A stretch of 64,000 nt of DNA from Chitinophagales bacterium (GCA_044226285.1 JBGAHI010000006.1:192996-256995); one strand, 5' to 3'; shown: positions 53,323 through 63,647, counted from the stretch's first letter. The notes: generated from the letters alone by a model not told the origin. Program-made: numbers and translations.

Positions 53323-54472
53323 AGATCAAATATTTTTGTCGGATGATTTTAAATGCCTCTATATCTTGTTGCCAAGTCTGGCGAATTTCAGCTTCCGATT
53401 TTCCGTCTACTATCATCTTACGAACGGCATCAGTACCGATTAGTTTATCAAAGAAATTATTGGCTAAAAAGAATTTCGATTTATCGCGGAAGCCCTTATA
53501 CATCTTTATAACAAAGAACAAGTTCACTCCTACTGTTTTGTTTTTACGCAAATCAAAACCAAAACATTTTTTGTTTAAAAGAAACGGCTCCTTCGCTCCA
53601 TCTTTAGGTTTTGGAATAAAACTATAAAGCGCGGAAAGTGAGTCGTAATAAGGGCTTCCGACTACCTGAAAAGGGAAATTGGTGCCACGACCAACACTCA
53701 CATTCGTACCTTCGAAATAACACAGCGATGGATATAGTGTAATGGCCTGACTGTTCGGTAGATTTGGCGATGGCTTCACGGGCAAAACATATTTTGTCCT
53801 ATGCTTGTAGTTCGAACATTTTACCACAGTCATTTTCAAACTATCGGCATTGGCAATCCATTGCTCCCCTTTCACCATTAAACCATATTCGCCTATGGTC
53901 ATTCCATATAACACCGGAATAGGATCCACTCCAACAAAAGATTCAAAGCCTTTTTGCAACATTGGACCATCCACATACATTCCGTTGGGATTCGGGCGAT
54001 CCAAGACAATCAATTCCACATGGTTCTTTGCGCATGCTTCCATCACATAATGCAATGTGGAGATGAACGTATAGAACCTGCAACCCACATCTTGTATGTC
54101 AAATACTAAAACATCCATTCCCTTTAAATCAGCATCGCTTGGGGCATGCTTAGCACCATACAATGATATGATAGGTAATTTTGTTTTAGTGTCAACACTA
54201 TTATCGATATGCGCTCCGGCATCTGCTGTACCTCTAAATCCATGCTCAGGAGCGAAGATTGATTGAATAGCAATATTCAGTTTTATTAGGGTATCAACTA
54301 AATGAGTTTTCCCAATCACTGATGTTTGGTTAACCACCAAACCCACTTTCTTATTGCGAAGCTTAGGGATATATTCCCATGTTCGCTCCGCTCCTACAAT
54401 TGGCTTTTGAGCGATACAATTTAAGGTAATAGCAAAAATTAAAAACAGAAAAAATAGTCGTTGGCTCATCAT
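53315..54472 (-). CDS. DUF1343 family protein (NamZ-like exo-beta-N-acetylmuramidase family)
   Basis: Signal peptide, VGLVVNQTSVIG, PEHGFRG and FDIQDVGCRFYT motifs. Confidence 0.8.
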   Translation of the reverse strand: MMSQRLFFLFLIFAITLNCIAQKPIVGAERTWEYIPKLRNKKVGLVVNQTSVIGKTHLVDTLIKLNIAIQSIFAPEHGFRGTADAGAHIDNSVDTKTKLPIISLYGAKHAPSDADLKGMDVLVFDIQDVGCRFYTFISTLHYVMEACAKNHVELIVLDRPNPNGMYVDGPMLQKGFESFVGVDPIPVLYGMTIGEYGLMVKGEQWIANADSLKMTVVKCSNYKHRTKYVLPVKPSPNLPNSQAITLYPSLCYFEGTNVSVGRGTNFPFQVVGSPYYDSLSALYSFIPKPKDGAKEPFLLNKKCFGFDLRKNKTVGVNLFFVIKMYKGFRDKSKFFLANNFFDKLIGTDAVRKMIVDGKSEAEIRQTWQQDIEAFKIIRQKYLIYE

Positions 54473-54516
54473 TTTGTTTTATAAAACAATACTTTCGCCA
54501 AAGTAACGACAGCACA

Positions 54517-55827
54517 TTGGATTTTGAATTTTTTATAGTAAAAAAGATTGCCTTCAGCGGAAAAAAGAGCTTTTCGGCTTTTATTATCCGTATTGCTATG
54601 GTGGCTGTTGTGCTGAGTGTGAGTACAATGATAGTTGCGGTATCCTTTGTGAATGGCTTTCAAACCGAGATTCGCAACAAAGTATTTTCGTTTTGGGGCC
54701 ATATCCATATTCTTCCCTACAGCCTAAGTAGAACCTACAATGAAGAAGGCACTTACCGTTATCAATCCTTTGTAGAAAAACTCCGAAAAGATCCTACCGT
54801 AGCCCATATCCAACCCATGGTGGTTAAAGGTGGCTTAATTAAAACGAAAGACGCCTTTGATAAGATTGTTTTGCGAGGAATTAATGATGAATTCAACTGG
54901 AAGGTATTCAATACCTATTTGGTGAAAGGCAAAGCTATTGGTGGAGATAGTGCTGCACGTTCAAAGCAAATTATAATATCCACCACAACTGCAAAACGAT
55001 TAAAAATTGATTTAAACGATAAAGCAGTAATTTACTTTCCTTCGAACACTAATACCACAGCCAGGGCATTTCGTGTGTCGGGTATTTATGAAACAGGCAT
55101 TGAAGAGTTCGACAAAGATTTTGCGATAACCGATATGGGCATTCTCCAAGATATTAATCACTGGGGAAAAGACACAGTTACCGGATTTGAAGTATTTCTA
55201 ACCGAAAAAAATCTATTCAAAAGCAGAGCAAAATCCTATGCCTTGCTATTTGGCAATAGTGTGATTCCGGAAGAAACATACAACCAATGGCTTATCGACC
55301 CAATAGATGATATATCGAAACAAATGAGTTACGACATTGACAACTTATCGTTGGAGGCTATATCCATAAAGGATTTGAACCCAGGACTGTTTGATTGGTT
55401 AAATCTGCAAACTATGAACGAATTGATTATTCTGATTCTAATGATATTGGTTGCAGGTATAAATATGATTACCACACTACTAATCTTAGTGATGGAACGC
55501 ACCACTATGATTGGTATATTGAAAGCTATTGGGGCCAATGATTTTTCGATACGAAAATTATTTTTGTTTTATGGATTGACTATACTCATCATTGGCGTAT
55601 TATTGGGCGACTTTATAGGTATTGGATTATGTTTGCTACAACAACAGTTTCATCTTATTCAACTTCCACAAGAATCATACTATCTTAAATATGCGCCAAT
55701 TGTATTAGATTGGAAAGCTATTTTTGCCATTAATACTGGAACTATCTTATTGATTTTAAGTGCATTATTACTACCAACACACTTAGCAAAACGCATCACC
55801 CCGATAAAAGCTATTCGCTTTAATTAA
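54517..55827 (+). CDS. FtsX-like ABC transporter permease (LolC/E family)
   Basis: N-terminal FEFFIVKKIAFSGKKSF, a large periplasmic loop and a C-terminal FtsX domain (LKAIGANDFSIRKLF). TTG start. Confidence 0.8.
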   Translation: MDFEFFIVKKIAFSGKKSFSAFIIRIAMVAVVLSVSTMIVAVSFVNGFQTEIRNKVFSFWGHIHILPYSLSRTYNEEGTYRYQSFVEKLRKDPTVAHIQPMVVKGGLIKTKDAFDKIVLRGINDEFNWKVFNTYLVKGKAIGGDSAARSKQIIISTTTAKRLKIDLNDKAVIYFPSNTNTTARAFRVSGIYETGIEEFDKDFAITDMGILQDINHWGKDTVTGFEVFLTEKNLFKSRAKSYALLFGNSVIPEETYNQWLIDPIDDISKQMSYDIDNLSLEAISIKDLNPGLFDWLNLQTMNELIILILMILVAGINMITTLLILVMERTTMIGILKAIGANDFSIRKLFLFYGLTILIIGVLLGDFIGIGLCLLQQQFHLIQLPQESYYLKYAPIVLDWKAIFAINTGTILLILSALLLPTHLAKRITPIKAIRFN

Positions 55828-55908
55828 TTTTTTTTATTCCAATGCAACCTTTTCGCAACCCTTCTGCGTCTATGTTATAGGTTTGTTTTTAAAGGGTTAC
55901 TGGGTTCG

Positions 55909-55944
55909 GGAAGTCTGAAATGCTATTTTCAGACTTCCTTTTTT
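55909..55944 (+). terminator. Rho-independent terminator
   Basis: GGAAGTCTGAAA-TGCTAT-TTTCAGACTTCC followed by a T-run. Confidence 0.8.
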
Positions 55945-55965
55945 AATTTTACCCAAAATCCAATT

Positions 55966-56991
55966 ATGAAAAAACTACTTTTTGCACTTGCATTTTTCTC
56001 ACTTGCCATCTCACATTCAGGTTGTAAGAAATCGAAATGTACCAATGTGAGTTGCTATAACGGTGGCACTTGCGATGAAAATACAGGTCAATGTAAATGT
56101 ACAGCCAATTTCACAGGAGCAAGCTGTTCTGAAGTGAATGGTGATACCGTTGCCTATCTCATCATGAAGTTCCATTTCGACTCAACAATGACACGTTTAG
56201 ATAACTTCGGTAATCCAACCACAATGCCTTCCGGTCATGCCGGCCAACATCCGAATTTTAAAGGTTTGAGTCAGCATTATATTGAATTAGCGCAAAGCGC
56301 CTATACACAACTCGGAACTGGAGTTATTCTATATCATGCACCGGAAACTACTATTGGCGGTGCCAATGCTATTGATTTTGAACAAAACACAATTGTAAAA
56401 AACGATTCTATTTTCTTTAAAATCCCTTTAAAGTCAGTTACTCCAGGCACTTATGAATATGTAAGAGTATCTTTAGCCTATCAAAATTATGAGGTTAAAT
56501 TCTTGTTGGATACTTCCATTAATGTTGGAGGAACCAACTACCCAATTAAACAAGAATTTCCTTGCAACGTGGCTAGTTTTGTTGGGTTTAATACCTATAT
56601 CAAAAACTACACCATGCACAACCAATCGGTAACAGTGAACGGCAATCGTCTTCAAGGCTATTGGGGCGCTGAATCATACGGAACTATTTACGGTTATCCA
56701 TTTGATCAGGTAAATACAGGGCAAACACCGGCAGGCTCAACCACTGTGGTAAATCCGCTTTTCAGCACCTCTCCAATTCCAGCAGGTTCTTGCGTAGCAA
56801 CTGCTAAGTTCGAACCCGGAAAGTTGGTGGTAACAGGAAATGAAACGAAAAGTGTTGTAGTGAATGTTTCTGTTTCTACGAATAAGAGTTTTGAATGGAA
56901 TGATGTTGTACCCGATGGAAAGTGGGAACCGGCTAAAGGCGAAAATGTTGTAGATATGGGGATTCGAGGAATTAAACCGGTAATTCAGTAA
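55966..56991 (+). CDS. Lipoprotein with N-terminal EGF-like module, remainder unknown
   Basis: Lipobox ISHSGC. Residues 25-54 CTNVSCYNGGTCDENTGQCKCTANFTGASC have six Cys and match the EGF signature C-x-C-x5-G-x2-C. Confidence 0.6.
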   Translation: MKKLLFALAFFSLAISHSGCKKSKCTNVSCYNGGTCDENTGQCKCTANFTGASCSEVNGDTVAYLIMKFHFDSTMTRLDNFGNPTTMPSGHAGQHPNFKGLSQHYIELAQSAYTQLGTGVILYHAPETTIGGANAIDFEQNTIVKNDSIFFKIPLKSVTPGTYEYVRVSLAYQNYEVKFLLDTSINVGGTNYPIKQEFPCNVASFVGFNTYIKNYTMHNQSVTVNGNRLQGYWGAESYGTIYGYPFDQVNTGQTPAGSTTVVNPLFSTSPIPAGSCVATAKFEPGKLVVTGNETKSVVVNVSVSTNKSFEWNDVVPDGKWEPAKGENVVDMGIRGIKPVIQ

Positions 56992-57006
56992 ATTTAAATT
57001 GAAGAC

Positions 57007-57044
57007 AAAAAAAATGGCGATCTTTTCAGACCGCCATTTTTTTT
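57007..57044. terminator. Bidirectional terminator between convergent genes
   Basis: AAAAAAAATGGCG-loop-CGCCATTTTTTTT. Confidence 0.8.
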
Positions 57045-57057
57045 GGTATAGCAAAAA

Positions 57058-57249
57058 TTATTTGCAACCAGCAGCTTTTAAAGCAGCTTTATAAGTATCC
57101 CAGCTAATTCCTGTTCCAGCGTCATTATAGTCGCTTTTGCAGATTTTAGTACCAGCTGATCCAGCAACGCCAGAACAATCTACGCACTCTTTACAAGAAC
57201 CAAGACCGAAAACGGCTACTACAGCCACTGCGAATAACATTTTTTTCAT
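57058..57249 (-). CDS. Small Cys-rich lipoprotein (63 aa)
   Basis: MKKMLFAVAVVAVFGLGSC lipobox followed by CKECVDC, ending ..AAGCK. The ATG at 57249 is preferred over the longer ORF. Confidence 0.5.
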   Translation of the reverse strand: MKKMLFAVAVVAVFGLGSCKECVDCSGVAGSAGTKICKSDYNDAGTGISWDTYKAALKAAGCK

Positions 57250-57339
57250 GTTTTTTGTTTTTTGGGAGTTAATTAATACCCAATAATAGTAACAGTTTTC
57301 TAAACCGCAAATTTTTTTCAATCTTTTTTTAGCACAAAA

Positions 57340-57900
57340 TTACAGTTTTCCTTGCTCCATTAATGTCTTTGCCTTTAACACAGTGGCTATACTCAAAGCA
57401 TCTTTTATTTCCCCTTTCATCACCATTTTAAACAATTCTTCAAACGGAAGTTTTCGGATGACTAATTGCTCTGTTTCTTCCGGCTCAGCATCAGTAAAGC
57501 TTATCCCCTTTGCGATATAGCTGTATGAGACTTCGTCTGTTTTTGAATTAGATAATTGCATTTCTAAAATAAGATGAAAATGTTCTGCAATAAGCCCTGC
57601 CTCTTCATGTAGTTCTCTCCTAGCAGTTTCTAAGGGTGATGTACCAACCGGACAGCCACCTTCAATTATCTCCCATTCAAAAGTATCAAACGGAAAACGA
57701 TACTGACCAACAATCCACGTATTATTGTTCTCATCCAAAGGAAGTATTGCCACTGCATAATCTTTAATATGCACTACGCCATAAATACCGTCTTTCCTCG
57801 CAGGATTAAGCACTTTATTCTCTTCCACACGCATCCATGGATTTTCATATTTCACTTCTTTAGACAAGACAGTCCAAGGGTTTCTTACTTCCATTTCCAT
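57340..57900 (-). CDS. NUDIX hydrolase (ADP-ribose pyrophosphatase-like)
   Basis: Nudix box GGCPVGTSPLETARRELHEEAGL. The start at 57900 or 57894 is preferred, since the longer ORF overlaps nth. Confidence 0.8.
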   Translation of the reverse strand: MEMEVRNPWTVLSKEVKYENPWMRVEENKVLNPARKDGIYGVVHIKDYAVAILPLDENNNTWIVGQYRFPFDTFEWEIIEGGCPVGTSPLETARRELHEEAGLIAEHFHLILEMQLSNSKTDEVSYSYIAKGISFTDAEPEETEQLVIRKLPFEELFKMVMKGEIKDALSIATVLKAKTLMEQGKL

Positions 57901-57919
57901 AAAATTTGAGCAATAATAA

Positions 57920-58534
57920 TTAAAGCTTAGAACAAATGGGGCAGTTCTCCACCACATGTCCTCGGGCGGGACAATATTCTCTTCCAAAGAATATTATTTG
58001 CAAGTGAAGTTTATTCCAACTGGATTCAGGGAAAAGACGTTTCGCATCTTTCTCCGTTTGTTCTACATTTTTCCCATTCGTAAGTTTCCAACGTGTCATT
58101 AACCTGTGAATATGTGTATCCACAGGAAATGCAGGAAAACCAAAGGCTTGAGACATCACCACTGATGCTGTTTTGTGACCAACACCAGGTAAAGCTTCTA
58201 AATCTTCAAATGTGTTGGGTACTTTTCCTTTGTGCTTATCTAAAATGATCTGAGACAGGTTAAAAATCGCTTTCGATTTCATGGGCGATAAACCACAGGG
58301 TTTAATAATATCGCGTATTTCATCGATAGAAAGCTTAACCATTTTTTGGGGGGTATTGGCCTTCTTAAACAAGATAGGCGTGATAAGATTCACGCGCTTA
58401 TCGGTGCATTGTGCCGAGAGCAATACAGCAATCAGCAACGTATAAGCATCGCTGTGATCTAATGGGATTGGTGTTTTCGGATACAGTGACTCAAGTTTAT
58501 CGGCAATAAACTGAACGCGTTCTTTTTTGTTCAT
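57920..58534 (-). CDS. nth: Endonuclease III family DNA glycosylase
   Basis: HhH-GPD region LPGVGHKTASVVM..VDTHIHR. The C-terminal Cys motif is atypical (see findings). Confidence 0.8.
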   Translation of the reverse strand: MNKKERVQFIADKLESLYPKTPIPLDHSDAYTLLIAVLLSAQCTDKRVNLITPILFKKANTPQKMVKLSIDEIRDIIKPCGLSPMKSKAIFNLSQIILDKHKGKVPNTFEDLEALPGVGHKTASVVMSQAFGFPAFPVDTHIHRLMTRWKLTNGKNVEQTEKDAKRLFPESSWNKLHLQIIFFGREYCPARGHVVENCPICSKL

Positions 58535-58557
58535 GAAGTGAAAACTACAAAAACAGA

Positions 58558-59787
58558 TTAAAACTCTTCAATCGTTTCTTTTATAATAGCTACACACTCG
58601 TCTAATTGAGTTTTAGTGATAATTAAAGGTGGCGCTAAACGAATAATATAGTGATGTGTTGGTTTTGCTAGCAAGCCTTTTTCCGCTAAACGCAAGCAGA
58701 AATTCCAGCCCAATTCTTCATCTTCTGTATCTAGAACAATTGCATTTAATAAGCCTTTTCCACGAACTTGTTTAATGAGTGGATGGTTGATTTTTTCTAA
58801 TTCTTTTCGAAAGTACTTTCCAAGGTAGTATGCATTATCTACTAAATTTTCGTCTTTAATCACTTGCAATGCCGACATGGCAACTTTACAAGCTAAAGGA
58901 TTGCCCCCGTAAGTTGATCCATGTTCACCGGGTTTAATGGTCATCATAATTTCATCATCAGCCAACACTGCGGATACCGGTAAAACTCCACCGGAAAGGG
59001 CTTTCCCAAGAATAACTATATCCGGACGAACATCTTCATGATCACAACACAACATCTTTCCTGTTCGTGCCAAACCGGTTTGTACCTCATCGGCAATAAA
59101 CAATACGTTTGCCTCTTTGCACAAATGAGCACATTTCATCAAATAGCCTTCATCAGGCACATTCACGCCTGCCTCACCTTGAATAGGTTCTACAATAAAG
59201 CCTGCAACATTTTTATTTTCTAATGCTTTAGATAAAGCCGAAACATCATTGTATGGAACTCGAATAATTCCGCCTAAATGCGGACCAAATCCTGCATAGC
59301 TACTCGGATCGTTCGATGCAGAGATAGCGGCAATAGTTCTTCCGTGAAAGTTACCATCAGCAAAAATCAAAACAGCCTTTCCTTCTTCCACTCCTTTGAC
59401 TTGATAAGCCCACCGTCTGGCTAATTTCATTGCGGTTTCAACGGCCTCAACACCAGTATTCATAGGCAATACCTTATCGTAGCCAAAATACTCCGAAATA
59501 TATTTTTCATATTCCCCTAAAACCGAATTATAGAAAGCTCGAGATGTAAGCGTAAGTTTATCGGCTTGTTTTTTAAGTGTATCGATGATTAAAGGATGAC
59601 AATGCCCTTGGTTAACGGCAGAATAGGCAGATAAAAAATCGAAATAAACCTTTCCGTCTACGTCCCAAACGTGCACCCCTCTCCCCCTTTCCAATACAAC
59701 CGGAAGTGGGTGATAGTTATGAGCACCATATTGCTCTTCTAATTCCATTAAATAGGCCGAACGGGAAATTGCTGTTTCAGTAATCAT
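58558..59787 (-). CDS. rocD: Ornithine aminotransferase (class III PLP aminotransferase)
   Basis: [39 protein letters not shown] and ILGKALSGG (PLP Lys) motifs. Confidence 0.85.
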   Translation of the reverse strand: MITETAISRSAYLMELEEQYGAHNYHPLPVVLERGRGVHVWDVDGKVYFDFLSAYSAVNQGHCHPLIIDTLKKQADKLTLTSRAFYNSVLGEYEKYISEYFGYDKVLPMNTGVEAVETAMKLARRWAYQVKGVEEGKAVLIFADGNFHGRTIAAISASNDPSSYAGFGPHLGGIIRVPYNDVSALSKALENKNVAGFIVEPIQGEAGVNVPDEGYLMKCAHLCKEANVLFIADEVQTGLARTGKMLCCDHEDVRPDIVILGKALSGGVLPVSAVLADDEIMMTIKPGEHGSTYGGNPLACKVAMSALQVIKDENLVDNAYYLGKYFRKELEKINHPLIKQVRGKGLLNAIVLDTEDEELGWNFCLRLAEKGLLAKPTHHYIIRLAPPLIITKTQLDECVAIIKETIEEF

Positions 59788-59903
59788 TACTAGTCATTTT
59801 AGTGAGGTAAAACAAATCATTTTTATGATGAACAAGAAATGTAGATTTTTTTCTATACAGCAACAGTTTAAAATTTAGATGCAAGAAACGAGAAAAGGTT
59901 GCA

Positions 59904-60608
59904 TCACTGTTTTTCTTTTTTAATTTTCTCGTAGGCTTCTCGGATTTGGAGCACTTTTGCTTCTAATTTTTTACGCTCTGCTTCCGTTAAATGCTGATTT
60001 TTATCGGGATGAAACTGTAGAATAAGTTTTCTATAGTGGGTTCGAATCATTTCAATCGTATCCGTTTCCTTCACCCCTAAAACAGTATAATGGGATGTAT
60101 CCGATTTTAATCGGTCAGCTTCAATTTTAAGGAAAGTAACATCATTTACATTCATCCAACAGCCTAACACAAAAATACATTTTCGCTCTTTCTCCGACAC
60201 AGATTTATCACATTCGGCTAAGTCAAACAAAAAATGCATAATTTGATGTATAGTGTTGGTTGTACATACACGGTGTAAATCAATACAGGCCTTCTTTGCA
60301 TCGTATTTTTTTTGCAAAAAATGATGAAGAATATTTGTCTTTTCGTCTAGATTTTCTTCTCCAAATTGAGTCTTCCAGAAATTACGAATGAAATCCAATT
60401 CTTTGAACGTTACCCCCTTTTCAGCGCGAATCACTTCAGCCGCCAACAGCAATACATTCACTTCAAAGTCGGATGTACTGAGTGTTGATTTTGATTGTGC
60501 ATCATTTTGTTCCAATAGCTTTCCAGCACCATAGCCCATCAAGGCTCCGGCCGGTGAACCTGTCACCATAAAACCTATTCCGGCCCCAAACCATTTTTCG
60601 TAAAACAT
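59904..60608 (-). CDS. DnaJ-domain membrane co-chaperone, DjlA-like (TerB-like middle region)
   Basis: N-terminal Gly-rich TM segment. C-terminal J domain YTVLGVKETDTIEMIRTHYRKLILQFHPDKN. Confidence 0.7.
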   Translation of the reverse strand: MFYEKWFGAGIGFMVTGSPAGALMGYGAGKLLEQNDAQSKSTLSTSDFEVNVLLLAAEVIRAEKGVTFKELDFIRNFWKTQFGEENLDEKTNILHHFLQKKYDAKKACIDLHRVCTTNTIHQIMHFLFDLAECDKSVSEKERKCIFVLGCWMNVNDVTFLKIEADRLKSDTSHYTVLGVKETDTIEMIRTHYRKLILQFHPDKNQHLTEAERKKLEAKVLQIREAYEKIKKEKQ

Positions 60609-60611
60609 AGA

Positions 60612-61415
60612 TTACGTTTTGTTTGTTGAAGTTGGCTTAAGAATAGCTCTAAAAAAGAAAATCAAACCGAAAACAATAAACGGCACGCTGAGTAGCTGTG
60701 TTTTGCTGATGTAACCCAACCACAGCTCCCCTTCCGGTTCTTTGAAAAACTCCAAAAGGAACCTTATGGAGAACAAAACCGCAAAGAAAAAGGAAATATA
60801 CAAGCCTGGATATTGACGGCCATAGCGTTTATATATCATTAAAATCAGTACCGACAGTACCGAATAACAGATACTTTCATACAGCACTACAGGATGACGT
60901 GGAAAAGCATCAACACGTTCAAAAATGAATGCCCATGGTACATCGGTTACTTTACCATAGAGCTCACTATTGAATAAATTGCCTAATCGAATTAAAGCTG
61001 CTGGAATAAAAATAACCAAAGCCGTTCCGTCTAAAAGCCAAACCCAATGGTATTGCGGATATTTTCGGAGAAACAAAAAAAGACCAACTAATCCCCCAAC
61101 AACTCCCCCATGGCTAGCCAATCCTCCATTCCACACTTTTACAATTTCAATTGGATGTTGAGAGAAAAAATCCCACTGATAGAAAAAGACCTGACCTAAT
61201 CGAGCGCCAATAATTGCTCCGATAAATACATACTGAACAATAAGTATCAAATGATTTTCATCTAAATGCTCTTTGCGAAGTATCCATCGTCCGTAGTAAA
61301 AGCAGGCTATAATGGATAAAGACCACATCATACCGTACCACTGCACGGTAAATAAATCGAACGGCAAAGGAATATTTGGATTTACATTCCAGTGAATAAA
61401 CAGCATCGAAAGCAT
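60612..61415 (-). CDS. lgt: Prolipoprotein diacylglyceryl transferase
   Basis: WYGMMWSL, GARLG, WNGGLASHGG and RLGNLFNSELYG motifs. Confidence 0.9.
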   Translation of the reverse strand: MLSMLFIHWNVNPNIPLPFDLFTVQWYGMMWSLSIIACFYYGRWILRKEHLDENHLILIVQYVFIGAIIGARLGQVFFYQWDFFSQHPIEIVKVWNGGLASHGGVVGGLVGLFLFLRKYPQYHWVWLLDGTALVIFIPAALIRLGNLFNSELYGKVTDVPWAFIFERVDAFPRHPVVLYESICYSVLSVLILMIYKRYGRQYPGLYISFFFAVLFSIRFLLEFFKEPEGELWLGYISKTQLLSVPFIVFGLIFFFRAILKPTSTNKT

Positions 61416-61501
61416 GAATGCGAATCTACAAAAAAGAGTAAGATGATGGAATAGTTAGTTTACTTAAAGCTTCAGTATTAAGAAAAAATGTATTTTCAAG
61501 C

Positions 61502-62398
61502 ATGAAAAAAAGTAATACCTATATACTTATATTATTTACTGTCCTGTTTTCGTGTAAAGCATGGGCTGTAGACCCCCATCAAGATTCTACAACCGCAAAA
61601 GCAATAAGCATTATGACGTGGAATGTAAAATTGTTGCCACGCGGTGCTGTTTTTTTGCATCATCATCCGGTTGTTAGAGCAAAATTAATTCCTGCAAAAT
61701 TGATGGAAGAAAACGCAGATGTCATAATTTTTCAAGAAGCTTATGATGGACTTTCCATTCGAATAATCAAAAGGAAAATTAAGACAGCTTATCCTTTCTG
61801 TATGGGCACAAAAAACAGAAAAGCTATTTCTTATAAGCGAGCAGGTGGAATTATCATGTTCAGTAAATACCCAATGAAAGAACTGGAAAGTATTAAATAC
61901 AGCCAATGTAAAGGTTATATCGACTGCAGTGCTAGTAAGGGTGCAATGATTGTCGAAGTAGATCATCCGGCATGTAAAATACAGGTATTGGGAACGCACA
62001 TTCAGGCAGGCGGAACAAAGGAAATTAAGGAAAGTCAATATAACGAGTCGGGTTTCTTACTTAAAAAATATGAAATGGAAGGTGTTCCACAATTTGCTTG
62101 TGGCGATTTTAATACCAAGCGAATTGATACTGTGTTATACCCAAAATTGATTAACGCTCTTCACTGTGAAGACGGAGAAATATGTACTCCATTAAAATAT
62201 ACTAGTGATCATATGTTGAATGATATGGACTATTACGACCCTGAAAAACGCCATTTAATCGATTATGTATTTGTAAGACGAAATGGAGTGAAACCTATAT
62301 CAACATTAAGAATTGTAAAACAGATACAACAGCAATGGGATAAAAAACATAAAGATTTGTCGGATCATTTTCCGGTGATTTTGAAAATGACACTTTAA
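61502..62398 (+). CDS. Endonuclease/exonuclease/phosphatase (EEP) family lipoprotein, neutral sphingomyelinase C-like
   Basis: Lipobox VLFSC. TWNVKLLPR, IIFQEAYD, GTHIQAG, GDFNT and LSDHFPV catalytic motifs. Confidence 0.7.
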   Translation: MKKSNTYILILFTVLFSCKAWAVDPHQDSTTAKAISIMTWNVKLLPRGAVFLHHHPVVRAKLIPAKLMEENADVIIFQEAYDGLSIRIIKRKIKTAYPFCMGTKNRKAISYKRAGGIIMFSKYPMKELESIKYSQCKGYIDCSASKGAMIVEVDHPACKIQVLGTHIQAGGTKEIKESQYNESGFLLKKYEMEGVPQFACGDFNTKRIDTVLYPKLINALHCEDGEICTPLKYTSDHMLNDMDYYDPEKRHLIDYVFVRRNGVKPISTLRIVKQIQQQWDKKHKDLSDHFPVILKMTL

Positions 62399-62437
62399 TT
62401 TGTTTTTGCCAAGTAAAACTGATTTATTTGCCATTGT

Positions 62438-63178
62438 ATGTACAACAATAAGAAAGTCGTAATAGTTCTTCCTGCCTATAATGCAGCTCAAACATTAGCA
62501 CAAACCTATGCTGAAATCCCAATGGATGTTGTGGATGAAGTTGTATTGGTAGATGATGCCAGTAAAGATAATACATCTGAACTGGCCAAAGAACTGGGAA
62601 TAAAACATGTTATTCGCCACGACCAAAACAAAGGCTATGGCGGTAATCAGAAAACCTGTTACAACAAAGCACTATCGCTAAATGCCGATATTGTAGTAAT
62701 GCTACATCCCGATTATCAATACACACCTAAGTTACTTTTGGCTATGATTAGCATTATCGGAAACGAAGTATATCCGGTAGTATTTGGCTCTAGAATTCTT
62801 GGTAAAGGAGCGCTTAATGGAGGAATGCCTATGTATAAATACATATTCAACCGTATGTTAACACTCACACAAAACATCCTTATCAATCAAAAATTATCGG
62901 AATACCACACCGGATATCGAGCATTCTCAGCTGATGTTATCCGAGCAGTAAATTTCGAAGCGAACTCCGATGATTTTGTATTCGACAATCAAATGGTATC
63001 ACAGATTTTCTACAAGGGATTTGAAATTGGTGAAGTAACTTGTCCTACAAAATACTTTGAAGAAGCTTCTTCCATCAACTTTAAACGCAGTGTAGAATAT
63101 GGTTTAGGTTGTTTAAAGGTGTGCTTTATCCACCTCTTCTGTAAATTGGGAGTAATGAAGAGCGAGCTCTACAAATAG
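62438..63178 (+). CDS. Glycosyltransferase family 2 (Dpm1/polyprenol-phosphate glycosyltransferase-like)
   Basis: VVIVLPAYNAAQTL, VDDASKDNT and MLHPDYQY (DxD-like) motifs. Confidence 0.8.
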   Translation: MYNNKKVVIVLPAYNAAQTLAQTYAEIPMDVVDEVVLVDDASKDNTSELAKELGIKHVIRHDQNKGYGGNQKTCYNKALSLNADIVVMLHPDYQYTPKLLLAMISIIGNEVYPVVFGSRILGKGALNGGMPMYKYIFNRMLTLTQNILINQKLSEYHTGYRAFSADVIRAVNFEANSDDFVFDNQMVSQIFYKGFEIGEVTCPTKYFEEASSINFKRSVEYGLGCLKVCFIHLFCKLGVMKSELYK

Positions 63179-63266
63179 AAAAATAATTGCAGTTTATTGG
63201 TTAAAAATTTTGTAAAACGAAATATTTGTTTATCATTGCTATGTTGTGTTAAATAAACAACAGGTT

Positions 63267-63647
63267 ATGGCAAGAAAAAAATACACTAACGAATATATTA
63301 TTCGATCATCACCTTCAATTCTTTTTGAATTTGTAACCGACCCTACGAAATTAACTCAATGGTTTTCAGATACTTGTGACGGGAACGATTCACATATTGT
63401 TTTTGGTTGGGGTGGGTCTAGAGAAGAAGCCGATATTGTTGAATATATTGAAGATGAATTCGTAAAATACCATTGGAAAGACGGTACTAAAGGAGAATTC
63501 TTCTCTTTTAGAATCTATAAATCGGAAATTTCATTTGAAACAGTATTAGAGGTAACCGATTTTGCTGAAGATAGAGAAATTAAAGATCAAATTCGTCTTT
63601 GGGATAGTCAGATTGACCAACTCAAACATTGTCTTGGTGCCGCTTAA
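63267..63647 (+). CDS. START-like/SRPBCC (AHSA1-type) domain protein
   Basis: YIIRSSPSILFEFVTDPTKLTQWF is typical of the family. ATG at 63267, with a GTG at 63246 as an alternative. Confidence 0.6.
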   Translation: MARKKYTNEYIIRSSPSILFEFVTDPTKLTQWFSDTCDGNDSHIVFGWGGSREEADIVEYIEDEFVKYHWKDGTKGEFFSFRIYKSEISFETVLEVTDFAEDREIKDQIRLWDSQIDQLKHCLGAA

